Of a stretch of 64,000 nucleotides of DNA, positions 50,497-59,716 are shown in pieces. The notes beneath the pieces are model-generated. The model ran no database searches. It was not told the DNA's origin and was given only the letters and a program-made list of their open reading frames with translations. The position numbers were made by a program, and so were the translations under genes. Each line of letters begins with the position of its first letter. Positions within the stretch are counted from its first letter, which is position 1. Source of the DNA: Anaerohalosphaeraceae bacterium (GTDB taxonomy: Bacteria > Planctomycetota > Phycisphaerae > Sedimentisphaerales > Anaerohalosphaeraceae); contig CAXXSL010000013.1 in assembly GCA_963675525.2 (NCBI GenBank), positions 288,001 through 352,000 on the forward strand, in the 5' to 3' direction.

Positions 50497-51345
50497 CTAC
50501 TCTAAGGCTCTTATGACAGTACGCCATTCTACTGCTTCATCCATCGAAATCAAATTACCGCCATCTTTGATAAGATTATCCTCGTCCTTCCTGAATATAA
50601 CATACCCTCCGCCATACAGCATATTGACGCCAACATAGCCTCCCATTTTGTGCGACATATTATCGCCCTGGAGAAGATCAAGCACCATCGAAAGATTCGG
50701 ATTTAAATCCCTCATCTTGTAAGCAGCATTGGGAAACGCTGACATTGCAGAATTCGGATGCCTTATTTTCCTTGCTTGCGGCAGGTATGAATATGAAATA
50801 CGAATAGAAGTTGGGTTGTTAATATCTCCTAAACCCATTGGCCAATCCCTATCGCCACCGTATGCATCGTATGAATGTGCATCAGTCTTATTGCTGTTGC
50901 AGTAAACAATTTCAGCAACGTCATCAAGTAAACCCGCTGACACTAAATATCCCAGATTGGTAACCCTTTCATCTCCGGCTGTATTCCTTCCAAGCATACT
51001 CGCCAGACGTTCGGATGAAGACAAGTTATTAACCGACGGATCATAGCTGCCAAGAAAATAGGTTGCAATAGGGTTTGACATAGTGCGTCTGTCATCTAAA
51101 GTCTTAAAAGTATAAGGATCTTGTTGATAAAAATTCATCGGCAATTCGCCGTTTTCCTGATCGGCATACAACACAATCGCCTGTCCAATCGACTTCAAAT
51201 GCGTAGCGCAAATCAGACGCTTTGCATGCTCCTTAGCCATTCGCAGTGACGGCAGGATAACCGCCAGCAGGAGGGCAATAATGGCAATGACCACCAAGAG
51301 CTCAATGAGCGTAAATGCTTTTCGTTTTTTCATTTCCTGTATCAT
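50497..51345 (-). CDS. Prepilin-type N-methylation domain protein
   Basis: [23 protein letters not shown], degenerate H-X9-DG (HKMGGYVGVNMLYGGG). Confidence 0.88.
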   Translation of the reverse strand: MIQEMKKRKAFTLIELLVVIAIIALLLAVILPSLRMAKEHAKRLICATHLKSIGQAIVLYADQENGELPMNFYQQDPYTFKTLDDRRTMSNPIATYFLGSYDPSVNNLSSSERLASMLGRNTAGDERVTNLGYLVSAGLLDDVAEIVYCNSNKTDAHSYDAYGGDRDWPMGLGDINNPTSIRISYSYLPQARKIRHPNSAMSAFPNAAYKMRDLNPNLSMVLDLLQGDNMSHKMGGYVGVNMLYGGGYVIFRKDEDNLIKDGGNLISMDEAVEWRTVIRALE

Positions 51346-51452
51346 ATTATCCTTTTCTTGCCTGTTTTGCATCCGTTTTCATTATAACCGTTATACTAAT
51401 CGTTCTCCTCAAAATACGCTTGCATCATTTGCACCCTTAAATCTCTCTTATC

Positions 51453-52247
51453 TTAATACCCAACTCCGGCCCAGAGGTCCGAATTCCACAGCCACTGAAC
51501 AACCTCTTCATCCTTATCGCTGGGATTGTTTACGCTCAAGTCCGCCATTAACACGTTGTTATGCTGAAAGGATCTGGAAATTCCAACCGCATCAAAAAAG
51601 TTATCAAGGGTTGTATTCGTGCTTTGTGCAAATCCCCAGGCATCATTCGTCATATCACACATCAGCGCATTGCTGGACATATCATTGACCGATGCAACTT
51701 GCGCCCTGAGCTCTTTTTTCCACAACCAGACATGAGAACTCCAGAACAAGGGGCGGTCATTGGCAGGCAGCGTCCCATTGGCAATCTCCGTGTAGATCGT
51801 CCCTGTTTCCCTCTGAATATAATTGCCGGCTGCTACGTCGCTAACCGCATAATTCTTATCATAAGACAGGTTTCTGATGCCCGGGCAAAAGAACACCTCA
51901 TACGTTGGTAACATATTATTATCCATGAGAAACTTTACCGCATTCGGTTGCGGTTCATGGGCATAATCTGAGGTCCCATTCGCCCAAAACCAATGCTTGG
52001 ATAATTGATTCGCGGTCATATTAACTGCCGTTTTGAAGTTACGGAAATCATAGTTAGAATCTACCTGGTAAGTTCCAATGGCAAGCGCGATCTGATGCTC
52101 ATTGGATTGACAAACCACTTTGCGGGCGTATTCTTTCGCTTTTTTAAGCGAGGGCAATATAACCGCCAACAACAAGGCAATAATGGCAATGACCACCAAG
52201 AGCTCAATGAGCGTAAATGCTTTTCGTTTTTTCATTCCCTGTACCAT
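51453..52247 (-). CDS. Prepilin-type N-methylation domain protein
   Basis: [37 protein letters not shown]. Confidence 0.88.
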   Translation of the reverse strand: MVQGMKKRKAFTLIELLVVIAIIALLLAVILPSLKKAKEYARKVVCQSNEHQIALAIGTYQVDSNYDFRNFKTAVNMTANQLSKHWFWANGTSDYAHEPQPNAVKFLMDNNMLPTYEVFFCPGIRNLSYDKNYAVSDVAAGNYIQRETGTIYTEIANGTLPANDRPLFWSSHVWLWKKELRAQVASVNDMSSNALMCDMTNDAWGFAQSTNTTLDNFFDAVGISRSFQHNNVLMADLSVNNPSDKDEEVVQWLWNSDLWAGVGY

Positions 52248-52292
52248 GTTATCCTTTTCTTACCTGTATTGCATCGGTTTTCATTATAACCG

Positions 52293-54599
52293 TTATTTAA
52301 GATTTAATATTGGTTTAGCGAATAGACATATGTCGTTAGTAATTGAATTATCGGTTCCCTGCGTGGCAACCAGTGTCAAATAACGCGCCTGCCGGTTGAG
52401 TTCAATATCAATTAACTGAGGCGGGTCTTCCGGAGACATATCGAGCGAGGAGAAGACCTCCTGCCCGTTCACCAGCACATAAAAGCTTGCAGCCGGCTGC
52501 GTGGCATAGTTTTCGCTTGTTGAAGCCGGTTTTGAAATTCCGCAGGCAGCCGTAAATGACTCGATTGAAACCGGGCCGTAAACACGCCGGATCGCTTCCA
52601 GATCAAATGTGATGCCGGCGTTGGCGTGCATAAATACGGATGGATTCTGGTCTGTTCCATAGAAGACATTATCCAGCATGAACGTTTGCACCGAACCCTT
52701 CGCGTCAACGTACCTGTCACCATTTGAAATGACAGAAGCACTTTGCTGTTGGGTACTGGGGGCACTCCATGAGTAGGCTTTGTCGGCGGTTACCTGTGTC
52801 GGGTCCGTTGAAATTCTGTTGTCCACCACATGAAATGTGCCAAGCAGGTCAAAAGCATTTTCATCTAATTGGTAATTTCCGAGTTCCGTCGGCAACAGGC
52901 CGGGGGCTGTGTTGAAGCTAATGGTTGCCTCGTCCCAATTTTCTGCCGGACCATCTTTGAGGCCGTAAACGGACAAATCTCGACGACGATTTCCAAAATT
53001 GAGATAGAGATCCAAGACGGCATTTGTCAAATCACCTTTGATATCGCTGATATCAAACCGAAGAAAGATAATTCGGATACGCTTCTTTTCACCTTCACGA
53101 TGACGGCATGACAGAATGGATATCTTTCCCAATTTCGCCGTAGGGCCTCGAAGTGTATCATTCGAAACATAGGCATCCGCACCGTTCTTATACGCGGTAG
53201 TAATTTGCGACGGTCCTATCGGTGAAGCATTCGGAAACGTCAGGGTTGGACACTTATCCGGTTCATTCTCGGCACCTTCTTTCGAACAAATCCAGTACGT
53301 AGCATTATCGTCAGCGTTTTCATGGAGCAGAACAAGCGTCACTTGCCCGTTGGTATCTGAAGCAATAAAATCATCGAGATTGAGTGTTGAGACACTCGAT
53401 GTCAGCATTAACGGCTCCTCGCCTTTGCAGTTGGGCACAAAAATCCCGTCGATCAGCGGGTTACAATTTACCGGGACATAATTTTTCGGAAAAGCACCGG
53501 GATTTTCGCCGAGCAAATCCGCACCGGAAAGAAGTTCCCTGCCATCCCATTGAATTCCGCGGTTCTTGTTGCCGTTGCCGGTTCCATCGCCGCCGCCGAC
53601 AATATCCGCCAGGTCGATTTGTTTTCCTCCGGTAATCAACAACCCGGTTTCGGAATCGATCCCTTGTGCGAACATGTTATGATTTAATGCAATATCCGCA
53701 ACATCACTGTCGTCAGAGTTGACGCGACGTGCCTGTCCCCCGGAGACCTCAACCGTTTTTTTATCCTGTCCTTTTTGGCCGGCGATGAGAATTGTCTTCC
53801 CTTTGAAGACGTGCAGTTCAGTTTCTCCTGTCATGTCCGAGTAAACGCCGAAATTTGTTCCCAAGTCGATGATTTTCGAGTTATGTGTCTGGACGCTGAA
53901 TCCGCTTCCAACCGGCGGGACAGAAGCAAAAAGCCGACCATACTTGATTACGATCTCGTCGGGACTGATGAAACTGAATTCCGCAGGGGCTTCTAATGTA
54001 ATGATAACATCTTTGTCAGACCGTATTTCAATCACTCCTTTTTGCAGTTGTATCGGCCCAGAGGAAGAAGCAGACAATCGGGTTCCTTTCTGGAGCGGCA
54101 GAGAAGAGGACCATTGGGCGCCGACGGCCTCCGATAGGGTTGCCACCTCGAAGGAGGAGCGGGGATTCAGGTGAACATAAATGATCACACAAAGCACGGC
54201 CGCAATGGAGATCGCGAGCGTAATCATTGACCTCTTCGGTATCTCACGGGGCGGGATGTTGATCGGTATTTTTCTAACAGGAAAATTTTCTGTTTCGTCT
54301 GCTTCCGGAAGTTCCAGGGGCTCGGCTTTTCTTTCGTACTCTCCCAAAATCCGGAGCATATCCATTGTCAACGGGGGATTGAAAATGTCCATATTCTGCT
54401 GCACATCCTGTTTAACCGCCGCCTGAAGGTTACACAGGTCCGTGCACAGATAGATATAGTCCAGATAATACTCCTGAGCCTCGCTGTTGTCCTGGAGCAT
54501 TGTATTGAGTTCCAAAAACTCATCAGCCGTAATCACCTCGTCACGCAAAGCTCCGAGCAGATATAAAAGCCGGTTGAATTGTTCTGGAAGCATCTTCAT
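52293..54599 (-). CDS. FecR-like anti-sigma factor with inserted DNRLRE-like domain and C-terminal NPCBM-like domain
   Basis: N-terminal anti-sigma helices, TM, IIDLGTNFGV...ELHVFKG (FecR), MHANAGITFDL...DICLFAKPIL (NPCBM); starts 1 nt after the sigma gene stop. Confidence 0.85.
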   Translation of the reverse strand: MKMLPEQFNRLLYLLGALRDEVITADEFLELNTMLQDNSEAQEYYLDYIYLCTDLCNLQAAVKQDVQQNMDIFNPPLTMDMLRILGEYERKAEPLELPEADETENFPVRKIPINIPPREIPKRSMITLAISIAAVLCVIIYVHLNPRSSFEVATLSEAVGAQWSSSLPLQKGTRLSASSSGPIQLQKGVIEIRSDKDVIITLEAPAEFSFISPDEIVIKYGRLFASVPPVGSGFSVQTHNSKIIDLGTNFGVYSDMTGETELHVFKGKTILIAGQKGQDKKTVEVSGGQARRVNSDDSDVADIALNHNMFAQGIDSETGLLITGGKQIDLADIVGGGDGTGNGNKNRGIQWDGRELLSGADLLGENPGAFPKNYVPVNCNPLIDGIFVPNCKGEEPLMLTSSVSTLNLDDFIASDTNGQVTLVLLHENADDNATYWICSKEGAENEPDKCPTLTFPNASPIGPSQITTAYKNGADAYVSNDTLRGPTAKLGKISILSCRHREGEKKRIRIIFLRFDISDIKGDLTNAVLDLYLNFGNRRRDLSVYGLKDGPAENWDEATISFNTAPGLLPTELGNYQLDENAFDLLGTFHVVDNRISTDPTQVTADKAYSWSAPSTQQQSASVISNGDRYVDAKGSVQTFMLDNVFYGTDQNPSVFMHANAGITFDLEAIRRVYGPVSIESFTAACGISKPASTSENYATQPAASFYVLVNGQEVFSSLDMSPEDPPQLIDIELNRQARYLTLVATQGTDNSITNDICLFAKPILNLK

Positions 54600-54600
54600 T

Positions 54601-55155
54601 TTATATCGCCTCCGCTTCAGCTAAGGTTCGCCGAACACACATCAGCAGTTTCGCATGAACCTTATTGAAAAGCCGGTACAAAACATGAAGTTCTTTGCCG
54701 GTTCTCTGTGAAACGCTTTTGGTGGAACTGCCGGGTTCATAGCGCATTTGGATAAGCGATAATTCGTTCGGTTTCAGTTTCTGAAGGCATTTTTTCAGGA
54801 TGCTTAGCCGTTCGTCAATGTTTGGGTTTTTGGAGGCAATTTTTTCGGACAGGGATTCAACGGTGCCTTGGCTGAAATATATTCTATTCTTTTTCTTATT
54901 TTTATAGTAGCTTAGAACCTGAAAGTGTGCAATTTTCAAGGCCCAGGCTGTGAAATTTGTCCCTTTTTCGAAGCCATCGAATTTTGACCACATGACAGAA
55001 GCGGTTTCCTGGATAATATCGTCTACGTCGGACCAATTTGGAATCAGGGCGCGTACATATCCATAAATCCGTCTTTCATTGGCTAAATACAGCTTAATGA
55101 AAAGCTGATAATCGCCCGTGCTGTTATTTGGATTTCCGTTGTCCATATTTGCCAT
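54601..55155 (-). CDS. ECF RNA polymerase sigma factor (planctomycete/verrucomicrobial type)
   Basis: DVDDIIQET...W.KF..F..GTNFTAWA, CLQKL...RY, LLMCVRR. Confidence 0.9.
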   Translation of the reverse strand: MANMDNGNPNNSTGDYQLFIKLYLANERRIYGYVRALIPNWSDVDDIIQETASVMWSKFDGFEKGTNFTAWALKIAHFQVLSYYKNKKKNRIYFSQGTVESLSEKIASKNPNIDERLSILKKCLQKLKPNELSLIQMRYEPGSSTKSVSQRTGKELHVLYRLFNKVHAKLLMCVRRTLAEAEAI

Positions 55156-55588
55156 TGTATCAAAACATATAAATAAAGTTAACTCGATAAGTTAATCAGC
55201 ATTTCCTTGTTATTGGATATAGACATTTTCGGGAAAATTTACACAAAAAATAAAAAAAATCGGAATCTGACCTGGATAACCAAAATATCTCAATGGCTCA
55301 AAGTACACTATCGGATCGATTTCTTCCGTATTTTTGAGAAAATTCAAAAAATAACGTAATATTCCGGGGTTTTGACTATTATATATGTAGTGCGGAGGGT
55401 TTGGATTAAAAAACAAGATAAAAAATGTTATCTATTCGTGGGGGTGTCATCGAGACATTGGGGTATCTTGCTATCCCTGCTATTAGGGGCAAGACGTGAG
55501 AATTGGTCTGGTTTTGTCCGTAAACTTGATTGATGCACAAAAAAGAGACAAAAAATACTCTTTATTCGAAGAAACGGCTGGTGCCTGA

Positions 55589-58500
55589 ATGAAGCAACGG
55601 ATGTTATTAAGTGTATGTATGATTCTGGGGGCTGTATGTTTGACTTTCGCCGACACAGCGACGTGGGAAGGCAGCGTCAGTTCGGATTTTATCGACCCGA
55701 ACAACTGGAATCCAGTGATTGATTTACTGGACACTACCGGCGATGCTTTAACGATTGGCGCCGGCAGTCCCTATGATCCGATTTACAATGGCGGCCTTCC
55801 GACGCGTCCGAGTAGTTTTAACACGACGGAACAGGCGGATTTCACGATGCTCGGGGGAGAATTTCTTCCTTATGGAAACAACACCTTTAACGGTAATATA
55901 ACCGTTCTGAACGGCTGGATGAGTTCGCGCGCCTATGTGTATTTGGGTGATGGCGGATCCGGGACATTAACGGTTGACGGCGGATCTTTTAGTTCAAAAT
56001 ATACGATGTATCTCGGCCGAAACAGCGGCGGCAGCGGTATCTTGAATGTTCTTGAGGGGATTGTTGACTTTCCATCCCGCCCCAGCATTTCAACCAACGG
56101 AGGAACCGGCCATATCTATATTGAAGAAGGCGGTTTTTGCTATATCGGCGGCAACGACGTAACCTGGTTTCAGGGGCTGGCGGACAGCGGTATCATTACG
56201 ACGGCCGGCGATTGCGCCATTGTCATCGATTATCAGACAGCACTGGACCGCACACGCATTACCGCGGAAAAAATAGTCGGTGCAACACTGCCGGTTCCCT
56301 GGAACGGTACTGAGGATACGGGGATTACCGCACTTTCCTGGAAACCCGGCACACTGGCAACGCAAAGCAGCGTGTATTTCGGTACCAACCCGGGATCGTT
56401 GGCCTTTATCGGATCGACCAGCGGCAGCACCATGGCCGTACCGTATGCGCTCAGCCCGGACACAACCTATTACTGGAAGGTGGATACGACTAATCCATGG
56501 GGGCAAATCGATGGCGAAGTTTGGTCGTTTACCCCGGTATCAGTACTGAAACCGCGGCAAATGGAAAAGCTTGACCGCGGGGTTGTGGCCATCCGAAGCG
56601 GCACCTCCAATTACATTGGATGGCGTCTTTTCGGGACCGACCCGCAGGATATTTCTTTTAATGTTTATCGGGGCAGTACAAAGTTAAACACGACACCGAT
56701 TACGGATTCGACAAATTATGTGGATACGGCGGGAGCAACCTCTGATACCTACAGCATTCGTCCGGTCATTAACGGGTCGGAACAAGCCCCTTCACAAGTC
56801 GCGGTATCCGTTCAAACAAACACATATCATAGTGTCCCCGTCCAGCAGGTTCCGGGTGATACTGACTGGTCATACGAAATTAACGATGGCGCAGTAGGCG
56901 ACCTGAACGGGGATGGCGACTACGAAATCATCATCCATCGCTATTCAGGGGATTACGATGAATATCCGGTTGTTGAGGCCTATCGATTGGATGGAACGTT
57001 TCTCTGGCGGATCAATCTCGGGCCTAATCAAACAGATATAAAAGAGGTCAATCCGATTGTCTATGACCTGGACGGTGACGGCTATGCCGAAGTGGTCCTG
57101 CGAACTTGTGAAGGCATGACGGATGGAACAGGTGTCACTACCGGGGATACTGACGGTGATGGGGTTACTGATTACCGCGGTTACGGGGCTGCAGACGCAT
57201 GGATCGATGCGGGGCCTGAATTTCTAACGATTTTTGATGGTCGCACAGGCGCCGAAATTGCCAGAGCGGATTACATTCCAAGAGTTTGCCTGTCAGCGTG
57301 GGGAGATACCTATGGGCACCGTGCCAATAAGTTTCATATCGTCGTGGCGTATCTGGATGGGCATAAACCGAGTCTGGTTATGTGCCGCGGTATTTATACC
57401 ACAATAAAAATGGAGGGGTGGAACTATCGCAATGGTCAACTTTCTAAACTGTGGCATTTTAACAGTGAAGAGTGGCCCGGTTTTGATGCCCAAGGTAACC
57501 ACAACCTGAGTGTTGGTGATGTGGATGACGATGGTAAGGACGAAATCGTCTATGGCGGCATGTGTGTGGACCATGATGGGACAGGGCTTTATACCACGGG
57601 CCAGGGCCATGGCGATGCAATGCATTTGTCGGACATGGACCCGGAACGTCCCGGCCTGGAAGTCTGGCGATGTGTTGAAACCGCAGCAACCGGTGCAGCT
57701 TTTACGGATGCAGAAACCGGAGCGGTCATTTTCGAATATGTTAATTCCAGCGATGTGGGACGGGCCTGTGCAGGTGATATTGATCCTACGTACCTGGGCT
57801 ATGAGGTGTGGGGCTCAACCAATTGTCCGATGTATACCTGCAAAGGTGTGAACATCGGAAGTTCATCTTTATCAATGAACTTTATGGTTTGGTGGGATGG
57901 CGACCTGCTGCGTGAAACGCTGAATCATGCAGGAACTGAAGGGGCTTGGTACGGTACAATCGGAAAATGGGATTATGTGAACAAAGTAGAAAATACGATT
58001 TTAGCTGCGACAGGAACCTTATCGAATAATTGGACCAAAGGCAACCCGGTATTATCCGGAGACATCTATGGAGACTGGCGCGAGGAAGCGATCTGGCGTG
58101 CAAATGACAATCGTTCCATTCGTATTTTCTCAACGACCGATCCAACCAGTCATCGGATTTATACGCTGATGCATGATCCTCAGTATCGCCTGGCAATCGC
58201 ATGGCAGTGCTGTGCGTATAATCAGCCGCCGCATCCCGGTTTTTATCTCGGTGACGGAATGAGCAATCCGCCGACTCCTTACATTGAACTGGTCGACGGC
58301 CCCAAGAGCGGACTCTTACGTGAATACTGGATGGATATTGCAGGGTCGACTGTCAGCGATCTGAACGGTCATGCGAATTACCCGGATAATCCGACCGATC
58401 TGGAGTATATCCCGAATTTTGAGTGTCCAACGAACTGGGCTGACACCTACGGTGAAAGACTTCGCGGATACCTGTGTCCTGAAGATACAGGCGATTATAC

Positions 58501-59584
58501 GTTCTGGATCGCCGGCGATGATAATTGTGAACTATGGCTCAGTTCGGATGCTGTACCTGAGAACGCAGGCAGGATTGCTTATGTCGATTCCCAGGTTTAT
58601 CCCGCCCCATATGAATGGAATAAATATGCTTCGCAGCAATCAACGTCAATTCCTCTGGCCGCCGGACACAAATACTACATCGAGGCGCTACATAAGGAAA
58701 GCAGCGGCAGCGATCATCTGTCGGTTGCCTGGAGGCGGGACATCATTAGTCAACCCGAAACGGTCGCAGTAGGCAGTGACGCCGACACCTGGTTACGTGA
58801 TGGCCAGGGACCGTTTGGTGGTGGTACCTATATGTACACTGCAGGCAACTATAACTATGTGAGCTATCTGCGATTTGACTTGTCAGCATATGATGATGCC
58901 GACATTACGGATGCTTCTTTGACTCTTACAAAGGATCCAACAGCGCCTCGTGCGGATACGCTTATAACCGGTCGTTTTGCATTGCATGGATTGAACAACG
59001 TGGCCGGCAACACATCACAGAACTGGGACGAAAGTACTCTTACCTCAGCACTTGCCGGCGACGAATGGGACATAGACACAGCAATGGTGGACAGCATCGC
59101 CGATGGCAGGGTTGTCAACCTGGATGGTGATGACGCCGGAATTAACATCATTGAATCTACCGATGGAACAACGATGACCGTAACAGGAGCCGACCTGGAT
59201 TCCTTTTTGCAGGCTCGTGCGAATGATGGCGGTCTGGCTACCTTTATCATCACATTTGGTGATTATACTTCCAGAGGTATTGGGTATTCAACGAAAGAAC
59301 ACACAACCGAATCTGTTCGCCCGGTTCTTGAAATAACATATACGCCAAACGCAACGAGTGATCCACAGGTAATTCAGGGAAGATACCTGTCGCCGTGGAC
59401 GTTCCGGCTGATGGGAGATATGACGGAGGACGACCGGGTTAACCTTGACGATTTCTCTGTCTTTTCCGATTATTGGCAGCAGGACAATTGCAATCTGGAT
59501 CTGATCATTGATATGAATGGGGATTGTCTTGCAGATATCGTCGATTTGGCACTGTTGGCAAAAAACTGGCTTGCCGGTTCATAA
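55589..59584 (+). CDS. Multidomain rhamnogalacturonan lyase (PL11, YesW/YesX-like) with PA14, DNRLRE-like and dockerin-like domains
   Basis: RQMEKLDRGVVA, QGNHNLSVGDVD.DGKDEI, GHGDAMH, GDWREE, TLMHDPQYR, YNQPPHP; PA14 YTFWIAGDD; YLRFDLS. Confidence 0.92.
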   Translation: MKQRMLLSVCMILGAVCLTFADTATWEGSVSSDFIDPNNWNPVIDLLDTTGDALTIGAGSPYDPIYNGGLPTRPSSFNTTEQADFTMLGGEFLPYGNNTFNGNITVLNGWMSSRAYVYLGDGGSGTLTVDGGSFSSKYTMYLGRNSGGSGILNVLEGIVDFPSRPSISTNGGTGHIYIEEGGFCYIGGNDVTWFQGLADSGIITTAGDCAIVIDYQTALDRTRITAEKIVGATLPVPWNGTEDTGITALSWKPGTLATQSSVYFGTNPGSLAFIGSTSGSTMAVPYALSPDTTYYWKVDTTNPWGQIDGEVWSFTPVSVLKPRQMEKLDRGVVAIRSGTSNYIGWRLFGTDPQDISFNVYRGSTKLNTTPITDSTNYVDTAGATSDTYSIRPVINGSEQAPSQVAVSVQTNTYHSVPVQQVPGDTDWSYEINDGAVGDLNGDGDYEIIIHRYSGDYDEYPVVEAYRLDGTFLWRINLGPNQTDIKEVNPIVYDLDGDGYAEVVLRTCEGMTDGTGVTTGDTDGDGVTDYRGYGAADAWIDAGPEFLTIFDGRTGAEIARADYIPRVCLSAWGDTYGHRANKFHIVVAYLDGHKPSLVMCRGIYTTIKMEGWNYRNGQLSKLWHFNSEEWPGFDAQGNHNLSVGDVDDDGKDEIVYGGMCVDHDGTGLYTTGQGHGDAMHLSDMDPERPGLEVWRCVETAATGAAFTDAETGAVIFEYVNSSDVGRACAGDIDPTYLGYEVWGSTNCPMYTCKGVNIGSSSLSMNFMVWWDGDLLRETLNHAGTEGAWYGTIGKWDYVNKVENTILAATGTLSNNWTKGNPVLSGDIYGDWREEAIWRANDNRSIRIFSTTDPTSHRIYTLMHDPQYRLAIAWQCCAYNQPPHPGFYLGDGMSNPPTPYIELVDGPKSGLLREYWMDIAGSTVSDLNGHANYPDNPTDLEYIPNFECPTNWADTYGERLRGYLCPEDTGDYTFWIAGDDNCELWLSSDAVPENAGRIAYVDSQVYPAPYEWNKYASQQSTSIPLAAGHKYYIEALHKESSGSDHLSVAWRRDIISQPETVAVGSDADTWLRDGQGPFGGGTYMYTAGNYNYVSYLRFDLSAYDDADITDASLTLTKDPTAPRADTLITGRFALHGLNNVAGNTSQNWDESTLTSALAGDEWDIDTAMVDSIADGRVVNLDGDDAGINIIESTDGTTMTVTGADLDSFLQARANDGGLATFIITFGDYTSRGIGYSTKEHTTESVRPVLEITYTPNATSDPQVIQGRYLSPWTFRLMGDMTEDDRVNLDDFSVFSDYWQQDNCNLDLIIDMNGDCLADIVDLALLAKNWLAGS

Positions 59585-59716
59585 GCGTTCCGGTTATATG
59601 CCCGTTTTGGGGAAGAGAAACCTATAGAAAACATTAAGTAAGAGAGACCTTCAGGATGCAGGGACGACTCGTTTAATGATTTGAAAAATATAATATCTGT
59701 ATTGTGGAGAGATTGA

